Below, piece after piece: positions 52,199 through 64,000 of a stretch of 64,000 bases of DNA; position 1 is the first letter of the stretch; each line of letters begins with the position of its first letter. Under the pieces are notes generated by a model. That model was not told the DNA's origin. It did no database searches and was given only the letters and a program-made list of their open reading frames with translations. Source of the DNA: Camelus ferus (lineage: Eukaryota); assembly GCF_009834535.1 (NCBI RefSeq), contig NC_045707.1:45820001-45884000 (forward strand). Reading direction: 5' to 3'. Position numbers and translations under genes: made by a program.

Positions 52199-52670
52199 CA
52201 GAGGTTCTTGACCTTTTTAAGCTTAAGCCTAGATCCCCCTGGGAATATGGTGGAACCTATGCATCTCTTCTGATAATTTTTTAAGTTACAGAGTAAAATT
52301 CTTAAGATTAGTAGGAAACCAATTGGGCTGAAATACAGTTATTAAAATAATTTTGAAGTACAACAGTAATACATGTGCTCTTTATGTAATATATTAAATA
52401 AAAATCTGGTGGTGGATCTAGTAACTACCATGATTTTGAAATAGTGATGAGAGTAAACAGTATTTTGAGATGTCTGCAACAACTGTAATGTGATATAAAA
52501 ACATGTGAATTCTATGGTGAAGAAGTCCTGGTATCACTGATAATACGGTGGTTTGTTGTCTACATTCATAATGGAAGGAAATTCCATATTTCACTTGGCG
52601 GTTAATGGAAATAGTGTTTGTTCTTGCCTATCCAAGTTTGCAGATCCTCTGAATTCTACCCATGGGCATT
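52199..52670 (+). mobile_element. hAT Charlie4a-like
   Basis: cagaggttcttgaccttttt...ggaaaccaatt...gaaatacagttattaaaata...ctgcaacaactgtaatgtgatat. Confidence 0.75.
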
Positions 52671-53374
52671 ACCACAAAGCCATTCTTTTTCCAATTCTCA
52701 GTATAGATTTGACCCACATTCGCTGCAAGTAGCCGGATGCCTCTATTGCTGGGACCTGCCTTGCCACAGATTTAGAAGCTGACTCTATTACTAAAGAATT
52801 TCCCTCTTAGCGTTTGTCAGAATCATGGGCTCATATGAGGAACTGTTCCAGGTGGAGAAAACACTGAAATTCTGTCAAACTTGAATTCATTTTGGTGTCT
52901 GTATCTGCTTTATTCTTCACTTGGCTCTTCTTTGGGTAGTAAAATACACTTATTTCCCTAAACTTAAATTTGCTCTTTGTTGATAATCAGGATGGTGAGG
53001 ACCAACTATGGGTCTGAGATTTCTTCAAGTGGGGCTTGACTGCATCAAGGCCATTTCTGTACGTATAAGATTCCCACTTGATAAAGTGGCAGCCTTAACA
53101 ATTGGAAATCATATCCACAAAGAAAAGCAGTCTTAAGGAAGTCAAATAATGGACGTTTACATTTGCTAGACTTCCCTATGGGTTTGACTCCCTTAAGGGC
53201 ATTCTCTATATGACTAACCAATCTGTCCTACTAAAAAGGGACCGAAGGGAGATTCTGTCCATTGTAAGATCTGCTCCCAAATTTTGCCATCAGATGAGCC
53301 TGGGGTCAGGTTTGGTTCGTGAGCCCTTTGAGCATGCCACCTCAGGACCACACTGATCAAAGGCAAGATAAGCC

Positions 53375-53540
53375 AAGGCTGCCTCATACGGCTGTGCCCC
53401 AACATGGGCTCCCGGCTGAGATCCACCACGTGCAGCTTGCACTATGCTCACCATATTGTGTGCCCCAGTGAGGGGCAGCATCAGCCCAGGAGAAGTGGTC
53501 TTTTTAATTTACAAAAAGGTATCACCTGCTTTCCAAGCCA
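53375..53540 (+). mobile_element. hAT-Tip100 MER91-like
   Basis: caaggctgcc...ggctgagatcca...gtgtgcccc...cagcccaggagaagtggtctttttaatttacaaaaagg. Confidence 0.5.
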
Positions 53541-54314
53541 TGCATCTACGAGCCTGAGAGCGCAGGAAGGTCTCTTTTTCTAAGTTAGATAGCCCTGAGC
53601 CACAGATTCAGGGACCAGAATTGAACTAATATTTGAGAAGCAGGAGAATTAGAACAAAGACTGGAGCACTTTTCAGTTAGACCCTCAAAGTATCATCCCA
53701 ACTTCTTAGTAAAATATGAAGCAAGAAATGGTAACTCTAAATGGGTGTCATTTAGTCCATCATAAATTCAGGAAACATTTGTTGAATATGCACCAGACCT
53801 TGTTCTTGGTGCTGGGGATATAAGGATAATTAATTCAGGCTCCTAGTCCTCATGAAGCCCACAGTTCAGCCTTTGTGTATAAAAGGATACTTGACACTAT
53901 AGAACCATTAGCTTAGCTTCTAATTGCTGATACTCCATATTCTTATTCAGGTTAACTTAGAATCTTGCAATTTTATCAATACATATCAAAATTATTTTGT
54001 ATATAATAATAAACAGAGTACATCATTAAAGAATATTCTGAGGGTAATATCAGTCAATACATACTCTAAAACGTCAACAGTTAAAGATATGTAGCATCTT
54101 TGCAAGAATAGACCTGTTGATTAAAAATAATAATAATTACTCTGTCATTGGAATAGGGAGGTAAGTTGAAATAGACTTGTTTATAAGAATCTAATGTTGA
54201 CAGAGTAGAAAGTGAAAGACAATAGAAAAAGAATTGTTTATTGAATAACTGTTACATTTTGAAAAATTAATTAAAATTCATGCATCATTGGATACACTAA
54301 ATAAAATCAAAACT

Positions 54315-54650
54315 GAATGTAAATAGGCAGAGCACAGAGGATTTTTAGGATAATAGAAATACTCTGTATAGTACCATAATGATGGATATATGCCGTTATA
54401 TATTTGTCCAAACTCACAGAATCTAGAACGCCAGGAATGGACCATAATGTAAACTGTGGACTCTGGATGTTAATGATGTGTTGATGTAGGTTCATCAGTT
54501 GTAATAAATGCCCCACTCTGGTGGGGGATGTTGATAATGGGAGGCGCTGTGCACGTGTGAAACAGAAGGTATATGGGAAATCTCTGTACCTTCCCCTCAA
54601 CTGCTTTAAACGTAAACCTGCTAGTCTAAAAAAATGAAGTCTTAACTTTA
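54315..54650 (+). mobile_element. L1MC1-like 3' end, within an older A-rich L1 remnant (about 53950-55850)
   Basis: ggcagagcacagaggatttttagg...ccactctggtgggggatgttgataatggg...tatgggaaatctctgtacctt. Confidence 0.8.
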
Positions 54651-55348
54651 AAAACCTACATATGAGGCATTAAACTATAAGAAAACCAGGAAAAAATAAA
54701 ATTGGTTATTTATTAAAACTCTTAGGATAGAGAGAGGAGGAGAGATGATTTTCCTAAGCCCAGAAGAATAAAGGTATTATAAAGGAAAATATTCACACCT
54801 TTCAACTATTCTATTTAATAAAAATATTATAAAGGTTTAAAATATAGTTGAAATAAAAGGATAAAGAGTACATCAGAAAATATATTTGTAGCAAATATGA
54901 AAAATACTATTTCACTATGAATATTAAAACTTCTGAAGATGTCTAGACTAAAAACATGAACAAAAACACTCAGAAAAAGTATGCATAACAAATACACAGT
55001 GGCATGTCTAACATCCTCTGAATCATAAATACCAATTAAAACAAGTTATCAGTTCCCCCTACTACATTAGCAATAAAAAACTATAGAAACTGGCAATCAT
55101 TTAGTGAAACTTGTATTTATAATGATATTTTTAAATTGTTATATCCTTTTAGGGAAAGTTTCTCATGATATATGTCAATTACTTTAAAGAAAAAAACAAA
55201 AACCTTTTCAATCCTCTTCATTTCACCCCCACCCAAAAATCTGAACTATGGAAAAAGGTGAATATATCAAGATATTGACCAGTGTTACTTGTAATTTAAA
55301 TGGTCACACAATTCGTTATTCAAACCCATTACCTTTCAAGAGTGCAAG

Positions 55349-55482
55349 GCAGGGGTGGATGTAACTCAGTGACAGAGCACATGTTTAGCATGCATGAGGT
55401 CTTGGGTTCAATTCCCAGTACCTCCATTTAAAAATATATATATAAATAAATAAACCTAATTACCTCCCTCACCAAAAAAAAA
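55349..55482 (+). mobile_element. tRNA-derived SINE (Vic-1-like), long tail
   Basis: ggggtggatgtaactcagtgacagagc...gggttcaattcccagtacctcc followed by aaataaacctaattacctccc and poly(A). Confidence 0.88.
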
Positions 55483-58454
55483 AAGAGCAAGTGGCAGTAT
55501 TTATAGTAATATCTGGACAGCAGGTATATGGTAGAATCATTATGAGCAAATTAGGATGTATGGCCATCCAATTTATAACAGCCAAAACAAGATAATTTAA
55601 AAATCATTTAAGTCTAATAATAGAATAACTAAGTACCGTATGATATATTCCTGTGATGGGATCAGCTACTCCTATGTATTAAAAAAAAAGTATGAGTTAG
55701 AATACTTTAAATGGGCTGTAAAATCTTACATATTATTAAAATTAAGTAAAGCCAAGCATTTATAAAAACAGAAGGAAATGCTTTAAAATCATAATAATTT
55801 TTTTAGAGAGATGTTCATGGTTTGAGTGTTCTCCATGATTTAATTTTCCAAATTTCCTATAATGCATTTAAGAATTTAGAAACTATATGCTTCATGATTC
55901 TTTAGAATGAGCGTTATTACAGGTTTTCCTGGACATGACTGGCTCTCCTCTCACTCCCAACAGGGAGGGCTCAGGAGCTCTTCACCAAGCCACCTTGAAC
56001 ATGGCAGCAGTGTGTCTTACAACTTAATGCTTGATCTCTATTTTGGTATCTAAAATAATCTCTACTCTGTTTCCCAATTCAAGAGAATTTTAGACTGCTT
56101 CTTTTAAAATTTGAAACTTTGGCGAAGACGCTTTTATTGACTAGACTTATTATTATCTAGACGTCATAATTTTGTATTTGTTGCTGATCTCTTTACTTAT
56201 TTAGGGAGGAGAGAAGAAATCTGGATAATACAAAGCAAGACATCCTCAAATTCAAAACACTTGACTTTGGAATGTTATGTGTCCTATAGTGTCCCATATG
56301 CTTATTTCCTCTGTACTCTGCCGGCAACCGTTTCTCAGCACACAGTCCAGCAACTTGACTAGATGTTGTTGAATTAGAAAGTCCCCGATTCCCACAGATG
56401 ACTCAGTTTTAGCAAATAGTTACTATACCTCTGAATAGTTTTTCTGCTTTGATTATTTGTTGATTAGGTAATCAAGGGATGGTAAGGCTTACTAGGAGTC
56501 TATATATAGAAAACTTATATCTCTAACAAGATATAGTATTTATTGAGCTCTCATTCTTTCCCTCTGAGCCTCATATTATGAGGACAAAGTTAACTTGCAT
56601 AGCCCTTGAGGCTGCATGTGCTGTTTCGGCTAGTTTTGTGCTACTAATGTTGGGTGATGGTGACTATGGGGTTAATCAGCTTTCATTGATCGATGATGCC
56701 ACCTGGTGGCCAGAAAATGCATTTTGTGGTAGCCATGCATGCTGCACCAACCTTTTTTGATTTGATATAAATAACCTCAGTAGCGTTTGAGGTGTTTTTA
56801 TTAGTGAAGTTTTGAAAAATGCTTAGTTTGGCTTGGCGGAAACAGTAAAGCCTTGGAATTGAGTAGATAGTCTAGAATACTGTAAGTATAACATGGTGAA
56901 TTGAAATGAGTCCTGCCCCCCCCCCTTTTTTTTAATGAGGCTCCTACAGGATACTAAGGACGTAAATGGTATATAGTAAATTCCTTTTGACTAACACAGG
57001 AGTGTCTGTCTGGTCTCCTTTCCTGGGTTTCACCTGGGTTATGACAGTCACTGGGACAGCTGGTGATTTCATTGCTCCTCCCATCTGACTCAGAGGGTGA
57101 TCAGTCATGTTCTTCTTACTTTGTAATTACAGCAGTGATTCTTAACTCATGGGCTTGTCTTCCTAGAAAAGGTAAAAGTCCTCAAAAGCAGGATGTACTA
57201 CAACAAGACGCCCTGGAAATATGGATGGATAGACACACTGGAAAGTTGAATTCTAAAATTTAGTTTTAGCAAGCTGAACTTTGAAAATTGAATTTTAAGA
57301 TTTTTTTTTTAATTGGCAAGAAAGTAAACCTATCTCCTTGATTAGTAGCATGATTTCGCAACATCTTAATGGTGGCTTTTCTGCTCAGCCGATTTGTGTA
57401 TTTCTACTTTATTCCTGAAAGTTCAGTTTGGCAGGCAGCAGCTGAACTCGAGTACAAGGTAAGAAAATGAGATTCAAGTTTATGGGGCTCAGCACAGTAA
57501 TTCTGAGGTCAGGATTTCCTAATAAGGACATCTTCCCATGACCTCTTTGGTTTAGAGAAATGTCCCAGTTTGCGTGGATATGCTTCTGTCTTAAGGAACA
57601 AGAATTGAAGACAAAATAGGAACTTGCCATGAATCTGATACTTAGATAAACCTACTTTCATTTCCACACTCTTCAGCTGACCGCAGGCTTTAAGGAACAT
57701 CACTTTTGATTAATGAGGTAACCTGGATCTTGAGAATATCTAAGAAGAGTAAGTTTTTCTCCAAACCCTGTTGCTTTCACAGAAAAGTTAAGCATCTGGA
57801 TTCACCAAACATGGCTTATATGTGGAATGTATTCTGAATGGGGTCAGAGTTAGATTAAGTTCACTTTTCATCTCCAGATGAGGCTGAGTGTAGTGTATAA
57901 TCAGTGTATTTTGTTAATTTTTGTGGTTTTCTTATTTATTTGACTGGAAGAATGCTCTCCAACTTGTGTGTTCAGTTTGCTTTCAGATCTAAATTGCTTG
58001 TGATAGTCTCTGGCAAGATAGAACCTATGCTCTAGTGCGCAGAAGCTTAATTTCGTCATACACGACATCTCACTGTGGCTTATTGCCAGGGCTGGATATT
58101 TATAATGTGCATGTCTAGACTCTCACAGGTTCTTGAATCACTGTCTCAAAGATGTACAGTTTCAGCAGTTTAGTGTGTGTGTTTACTATTAAGTTAGAAA
58201 ATCTGACACTAACATCCAGGTTTCCCTTTGTGCCTTTGAGCATAGCTTCATGAATCTGTGGGATAAAATTATATCTGTTCAATAATGTTGCTCAGTTGAG
58301 ATTAGATGTGATTTAAAATGCATTCAGTCTTTTAGTATGCCTTTCCTCTTTGTATTTTCTCAACTCCTACCGCATTAGGATTGGTTTGAGCTTTTTTTGC
58401 CTTTTACTTAAACTAGGACATAATCCTGTCCGAAAAAAATTTATTTTTTCCTTT

Positions 58455-58960
58455 AATCCATTAAGCATTTCTTGTCCCCTGTATGCAAAGGCCGTGGCTA
58501 AGTGCTAGGAGAGAAAGAAAGATGGATCAGATGTGGGTCCTGCCCACAAGGAGCTTTTAGTCTAAGGAAAAAGAAAATGATCAGAAGCGCGAAGTGAGTT
58601 AACTGCTGGGTGAGGTATTATTCAAAGGGAAAGACTATTTCTTTCAAATGGAAAGTCTGGTAGGAGAGGAGGAGTTTGAGTTGAGCTCTGAAGAATTATG
58701 AGTAGAATTTTTATATGCAGAGACAGAGAAAGGATTCAGAAGAAGGGAACATTAGAGACAAAAAATATGGAGCCAGGAAAAACATGGAAAGTGTTTAAGG
58801 AATTGTGCAGAATCAAACTTTGGTAAGAACAAAGGGCTTGTGTTAGGCAGTAGCGCGAGAGAAAATCAGAAAAGTCAGTGGGGACTTGTAGTGGGGACTT
58901 TAAATTCCAGGGAATGAAATTTGTTTTAATTTGATAGTTAATGGCAAGCCATCCCACATG
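58455..58960 (-). mobile_element. L2 fragment
   Basis: ctaagtgctaggaga...gtcctgcccacaaggagctt...tttgagttgagctctgaaga. Confidence 0.65.
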
Positions 58961-59110
58961 TCTCCACATAGAAGGAAATATTACCTTGAAATCCTGTGAC
59001 ATACCTTTGTATTAAAGATTTATTTAATACAGCCTATTGCCTTTTTAAAAAAATACTGTAACAACTCCTGTATACCATGTTGTTCATTTACAGACCATCT
59101 TCATTTAGAC

Positions 59111-59314
59111 CAGGGTTTCTCCATGTGGTCCTATTGACATTTTGGTCAGATAATTGATAATTCTTTGTTGTAGGACTGTCCTGTGCATTTGTAGGAAATT
59201 TAGCAGCATCCCTGGCCACTAACCACTAGATGCCTGTAGCGCCCCCTTTCCCCCAGTTACGACAATCAGAAATGCCTCCAGGAGGGCAAATTCGTCCCCA
59301 TTTGAGAACCAATG
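59111..59314 (+). mobile_element. hAT-Charlie MER20
   Basis: cagggtttctc...attgacattttggtcagataatt...tttagcagcatccctggcc...ccactagatgcc...ttgagaaccaatg; TAGA-containing 8-bp targets atttagac and gtctagat. Confidence 0.88.
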
Positions 59315-59800
59315 GTCTAGATACATGTATTGCATTTTTCTGGTGTTCTAGGCATTATTAGACTCTTAAGATTGGCAAATCTAAGAGTTCATTAGGCATC
59401 TAATCTATTAATGCTTGAAATTTGGTACTAGACAATACATCTAACCTTGAGATTAAGGTATTTCATGTGTGTTAGAGTAAAAGAGCTGAACTTGGCATCA
59501 GGAGACCTGGATTCTAGTCCTGCCTGTGACACAGAGAGGTTGTATTACTTGGGTGATACCGTGTAGCCTGATTCCTCATCTCTAAAATCACCAGTGCAAC
59601 CTCTAAAGCTCTGATTCTGTGTCCTGATTTGTTCAAGTTGATCCCTGGGCTTAATTCTTTCGCATTTTTAGAACATTAACACAAATCGAACAAGTGTGTA
59701 TGAACCAATAAGACTGACTGGAGTATTGAATAAGAAAGACAAATGTTTTTTTCCTTAGTAATTTATTGTACTAAATACTATGATTTTTTTCCTTTTCTAG

Positions 59801-59851
59801 ATTATTTGAAAAATCTCTTAGAAGACTCTGGAGATTACAGAGACACTCAAG
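59801..59851 (+). CDS. FGD6: FGD6 DH exon (YLKNLLEDSGDYRDTQ-D), 51 nt, phase 1 to 1
   Basis: Acceptor ttccttttctag|A; donor AAG|gtaaat; frame consistent with both neighbours. Confidence 0.95.
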
Positions 59852-61971
59852 GTAAATAACCTTTGTGGTCTTATGTGTTACAGAAGTTTTTATATTATAT
59901 TTATTTGGACCTAGAAAGTAAAAATGTAACAGAATCCATATACAAAATTGTATTTTATTTGTAACAAGTCTTTTTAAAAACTCTATTTTGGGCAAATCAA
60001 AATAGAACTGGTAAAGTGGTAGAGTGGTGCTGGATGGCGGTGAAATTATAGGGACAAAAAGATGCCCGTGGCCAGGCAGCAATGGGAGCCAGCCTCCTGA
60101 AAGGGTGGTCCCAGCATAGTCTGTAGTCAGGAAGCTTCATCCTCCTGTGCTCTGTCTCTCTGTGCCAGGGGTAAATTCACCTTCTCTAGATGTCCACTGC
60201 TTTCAAAAGTAGGTACTGAACCAGTTGATCTGCAAGGTCCTTTTAGGCTTTAAAATCACAAGTCCACGAAGTGACCAAACTACACAAATTAGGGAGAAGG
60301 TCTGAAATAGCCTGTTGTGCTGGGACTGTTTAATGATCAGCATTAGCCTTATCATCCTTTCACCCCCTCACCCCCAGTAGTCCTTAAGGGAAGTCGTACA
60401 TTACAACGCAAGGGACCCGTTGATAGTCACAGGATAATCCTGTGTCTGTGTGTGTGTATGTATGTCTGTCTGTCTTTCCCTCTCTCACACATACACATAC
60501 ACACACATAAGGATGAATTCTGTTCAGGATAGTGGTGTTTCTTTCTATTTATCCCCAAACTACCTCTTTCAAATGTCATAGGTATATCCCTGGTTCTAAT
60601 CTAGAAGCACCTTAGGCAAGTCCATCTCTACCCCATTGATTTTACGAATTTTGACCACATTCTTGTGCATCCTTTACATTTTCATATTACAAAGCTGAAA
60701 GGCTCTTAACCCATTTTATAAGAGATTCTTACTCATTCTATTAATCATTTTACTTCTTCTCTATCTTCTCTTTGCAAGTGTTATACTTTTTAATATGCTT
60801 TTTTAAAGGAAAAGTTTGAAGTGGTGGGTATGACATACTTCTTGTCTTTGGTGAACATATAGTTTAGTTGAAGAAGAAAGTCTGTAATACTCATCATCAG
60901 ATAAAGAACAAAGAAGACAGCTTTAAAGTAAGGATGCACCTGAACAGTATAGAATCATTTGGGAGAGGGAGAAAAGCATGAAGTTCAAAGAGGCAGAGCT
61001 TCGCTTTGAGAGAAGTAGGGCCAGAGAGGAGCCGACTGGAGATGGTGGATGAGAGGAAGAGTGGACATTCCAGATCAGAGTCTGTCTCACGGAGATAAAC
61101 ATTTCAGACAGATCTTAACAAATAAGGCCTCAAGGAAACATACGTCCCAGGGCTTCTGCCTTCTAGCATAGCGAGTTATTAACTCCATTTTACTGATAAG
61201 ACAAATACAGGGCCAGAGGTTAAGGAGCTTGTTTAAAGAAAATTACATACTTCAGCAAAGACATGGCTTAGAATAAGCAGTGAACAGTGAGGTATACTTT
61301 GTGGCCAGAGGCAATGCAGTAAAGAGATGATTGGTTGTAGATGAGATTGCCCAAGGGCGAGGAAAAATGAGACCAATATACCTTTGAAGGTAAGCAGAAG
61401 AGTGTATGGAAGAGTCACCAGGGCCTTTTAAAGAGATGACATGGGTAAAGTAGAATTGCAGAATGGATGAAAGAAGTCAGAGCTTGGCGGCCAGGTGACC
61501 AAATAGCAGCAGCTTTATTATTTCATCCATTCATTAAATTTTAAACTTTTGTTCCTGTCCACTGGGAATTCAAGCATGCCAGAAAGTGGGGAATGTGTCC
61601 AGGGTCACCTCTTGAATATTTGCCATGACAAGTGCCAGATGCAATAAATCCTGATATGTGGTCAGGGTCTCTAAAGGAAATACTGCTTTCCTTTAATAAT
61701 GGTGATAAGAATACACTTAAGGAACATAAGAACCTCCAGGGCTGGTACTAGAAAGAGTATCCTTTGGTCAGTTACAGTAGCTGGACCAAAACCTCACACC
61801 CTTTCCAGAAATTGATCTCTTTAAAAAAAATAGTCCTTTCATTGACGATTATTCTCACTTGCCCCACCAGCCTCAGGAGGCCATGCTTCCCTCTTAAACA
61901 CTCTACCAGTTTTCTCCCTGGAAGTGCTACTGTCATAGTATATAGAGTAACCTTTTTGTGGATTTCTCATT

Positions 61972-62112
61972 AGTATTGCAGGATTTTTAACATCCTTGGA
62001 TCCTACCCACTAAAGGCCAGTGGACCTTCCCAGTTTGTGACAACCAAAAGTTGCCTTACACGTGTCCTGATGTCCCAAGGGGAACACTACTGTCTTAGAT
62101 TGAGAACAACTG
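61972..62112 (+). mobile_element. MER20 3' fragment
   Basis: catccttggatcctacccactaaaggccagt...gtgacaaccaaaag...ttgagaacaactg. Confidence 0.75.
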
Positions 62113-62683
62113 TTGCCCAAAAGGAGACAAATTATAGACTTTTTCATTTATATCTACTCACGCAGATAATAAGACTGAAACATTCAGAAACATTTAACAA
62201 AGGCAAAGGGTTAATAAAAAGAATAAAACACAGCTGAAGCTAAATAACCTAGCTCACAAAATATGGTAATATAATTTCCTAAGGTCCAGTAGGCTTCCAT
62301 GTGGCATTTCTTCCTTTTTCAGGACCAGACTAAGAAAAAGCAGCTGAGTGCTGATCCTCTTAAATAGTTGCTTCTCAGAATTCTGGTTTCCTATCCCAGA
62401 ATCCTTCTCTCCCATGGCAGTTTATCCTGGAATGGTCCTTAGCTTCCAGGTAAAATCCTATCCTTATCCTTGTAAACTTCAACAGAACAATCAAATCTCA
62501 GCAGAAAACAACCCTGTCATTGATACACAACTCATACTGTTGATACTCATGGTCCATAATGTCTCTTTAGTGTCTTCCAAGCTCATGTTTTTCATAAGTA
62601 CTGTTTTTACCTTGCTTTTGCTCTCCTTGAACCAACCTTATCGTCTCTATTTCTGCCTACTCGCAGTTAACTGAGCTCCTCCA

Positions 62684-62707
62684 GTGGTTGGTGGTTGGTG
62701 GTTGGTG
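62684..62707. repeat. (GTGGTTG)3 tandem repeat
   Basis: Read directly. Confidence 0.9.
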
Positions 62708-62802
62708 ACAAGATAGCTATCTTGTTGTCTGGAGTTGCTCAGTGTTGCAATTCATTGGTAATGATGATGATCAAATGCCCCTTCTGTCCCTACATATTTT
62801 AG

Positions 62803-62861
62803 ATGCCCTTGCTGTGGTTATAGAGGTAGCCAACCACGCCAATGACACCATGAAGCAAGGA
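62803..62861 (+). CDS. FGD6: FGD6 exon, end of DH domain (ALAVVIEVANHANDTMKQG), 59 nt, phase 1 to 0
   Basis: Acceptor attttag|A; donor GGA|gtaagt. Confidence 0.96.
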
Positions 62862-62944
62862 GTAAGTACATTCATTTCAGTGGCTGCTGTGCTGTTGAGC
62901 CCGGGAGCCCGTGCCTTCACATACTCTACATTCTCTTTCTGTAG

Positions 62945-63016
62945 GACAACTTTCAGAAACTTATGCAAATTCAGTACAGCTTAAATGGACACCATGAAAT
63001 AGTTCAGCCTGGACGG
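62945..63016 (+). CDS. FGD6: FGD6 DH-PH linker exon (DNFQKLMQIQYSLNGHHEIVQPGR), 72 nt, phase 0 to 0
   Basis: Acceptor ctttctgtag|G after an 83-nt intron; donor CGG|gtaagt. Confidence 0.96.
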
Positions 63017-63725
63017 GTAAGTGCTTTGGACGGCCTTTTGCAAACTTAACACAGTGGATTTAGGCACTGTTTGTAGCTATTTCCATTTCAGTTATGAAAA
63101 TAGGTTATTTGTTATTGTTACTCTTCAGTGACCCAATCTGGATCAACTCAGTTCATTCTATCCTTTCAAAACATTCATGATTTAAGTCACTATGAAAAGA
63201 AGTCCAATTCAATTAGGAGAATGGCAAGGGACCCCACAGAGTATCTGATTAAATAGGATCATTTTATTGTGTAATACTAGCTGACCTCACACAGCTTTAA
63301 AGACAGTTTCATTTAAAATCTTTAATGTAAAAGAGGATTATAAGGGGAGGGAGAAAATTGGTATTTTGATGCTCCTCACAGAGCACAAAAGTGGCCAAGG
63401 GGATGAATCCAGGAAAATTACAAACTGCAGTTGTCAGGATGTTGGCTGTGCCTCAGGATCAAGTGCACGCTTGGTCAGTTACATCTCAGACCACATGGTA
63501 CTGGGGCTCAGTACTGGATTTATGAAACTCGGCTGGCTTATCCAATTCCTAAGTGACTTAAAGGACTTAAAAAGAAACTATGACACTAAAAAGTCACAAG
63601 GAAACTATGTCCACCCATCCCCTACAAAAATAAATTCTGGGAAAAGGAGGTTGAAAAGGAAATTATATGTATTTTGTAGTTGTATTATGACGGTAGTACT
63701 AAATGTGTTTTTTTGGCTGAATCAG

Positions 63726-63794
63726 GTATTTCTCAAAGAGGGAACTCTGATGAAACTATCTCGGAAAGTCATGCAGCCCCGGATGTTTTTCCTG
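63726..63794 (+). CDS. FGD6: FGD6 exon, start of first PH domain (VFLKEGTLMKLSRKVMQPRMFFL), 69 nt, phase 0 to 0
   Basis: Acceptor gaatcag|G; donor CTG|gtaagt; PH beta1-beta2 motif. Confidence 0.96.
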
Positions 63795-64000
63795 GTAAGT
63801 GGCCACGTGTGTTTCTGTTGAGTCCAAGGCAGGAATAATTGCTTAATGAAAGGAGATGTTTGTTCATGACAGATAAGCTTAGCACATTCAAATAGCAGTT
63901 ATATTGGGGGTCTCTGAGTGGATGTATTGCTTATTTGCATTTCAAGTATAGGAAACAAAGTCTTATGATGCATAACTAGAAATTTACTTCCTTTTTAAAT

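Larger units (their letters stand above)
1..64000 (+). other. FGD6: FGD6 gene body, partial (start and end outside window); bases 1-20891 interpreted as the distal part of a large intron
   Basis: Ten exons with canonical AG/GT sites and consistent phases join into one ORF: ...KSKVHHIAKEIMSSEKVFVDVLKLLHIDFRDAV...LLKPVQRIPQYRLLL...VFLKEGTLMKLSRKVMQPRMFFL, recognised as the FGD6 DH-PH region. Confidence 0.95.

Noticed and set aside
59221..59255. CTCF site in MER20
   Set aside because: Only half-matches (ccactagatgcc; minus-strand agggggcgcta lacking the 5' CC); insufficient without a PWM score or ChIP data
1046..62674. The many 60-150 aa ORFs in the six-frame track as independent genes
   Set aside because: They are short, often start at non-ATG codons, overlap repeats or low-complexity DNA and show no recognisable domains. 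Only those overlapping FGD6 exons in frame (43295, 44813, 62742, 63366) contain real coding sequence.
1..64000. Prokaryotic or viral systems, NUMT, or protein-coding retrogene
   Set aside because: No operon-like gene density, long ORFs, repeat-spacer arrays, mitochondrial-like or retroviral internal sequence recognised; very old fragments could escape reading by eye

Overview
Mammalian genomic DNA, not prokaryotic. It is most likely a camelid (camel, alpaca or llama), inferred from tRNA-derived Vic-1-like SINEs and young L1 3' ends. The window appears to lie entirely inside the FGD6 gene (FYVE, RhoGEF and PH domain-containing 6, a Cdc42-family GEF) on the + strand. Ten consecutive GT-AG coding exons (20892-63794; 898 nt, about 299 codons) splice into one open frame. 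That frame covers the acidic linker, the complete DH (RhoGEF) domain and the start of the first PH domain. The gene's 5' and 3' ends are outside the window. The rest is intron containing SINEs, L1, L2, MIR, LTRs, hAT/Tigger MITEs, microsatellites and a U13 (SNORD13) retro-pseudogene. I found no convincing novel multi-gene system. The best leads are: (1) a candidate internal first exon at about 17.4 kb, phase-matched to the next exon but carrying a stop codon; (2) tail-only poly(A) retro-insertions with target-site duplications (TSDs); (3) inverted SINE pairs that could drive RNA editing or back-splicing; (4) candidate poison and recursive-splicing exons. Repeat family names come from recalled consensus sequences, not from a database search, and boundaries of old repeats are approximate.
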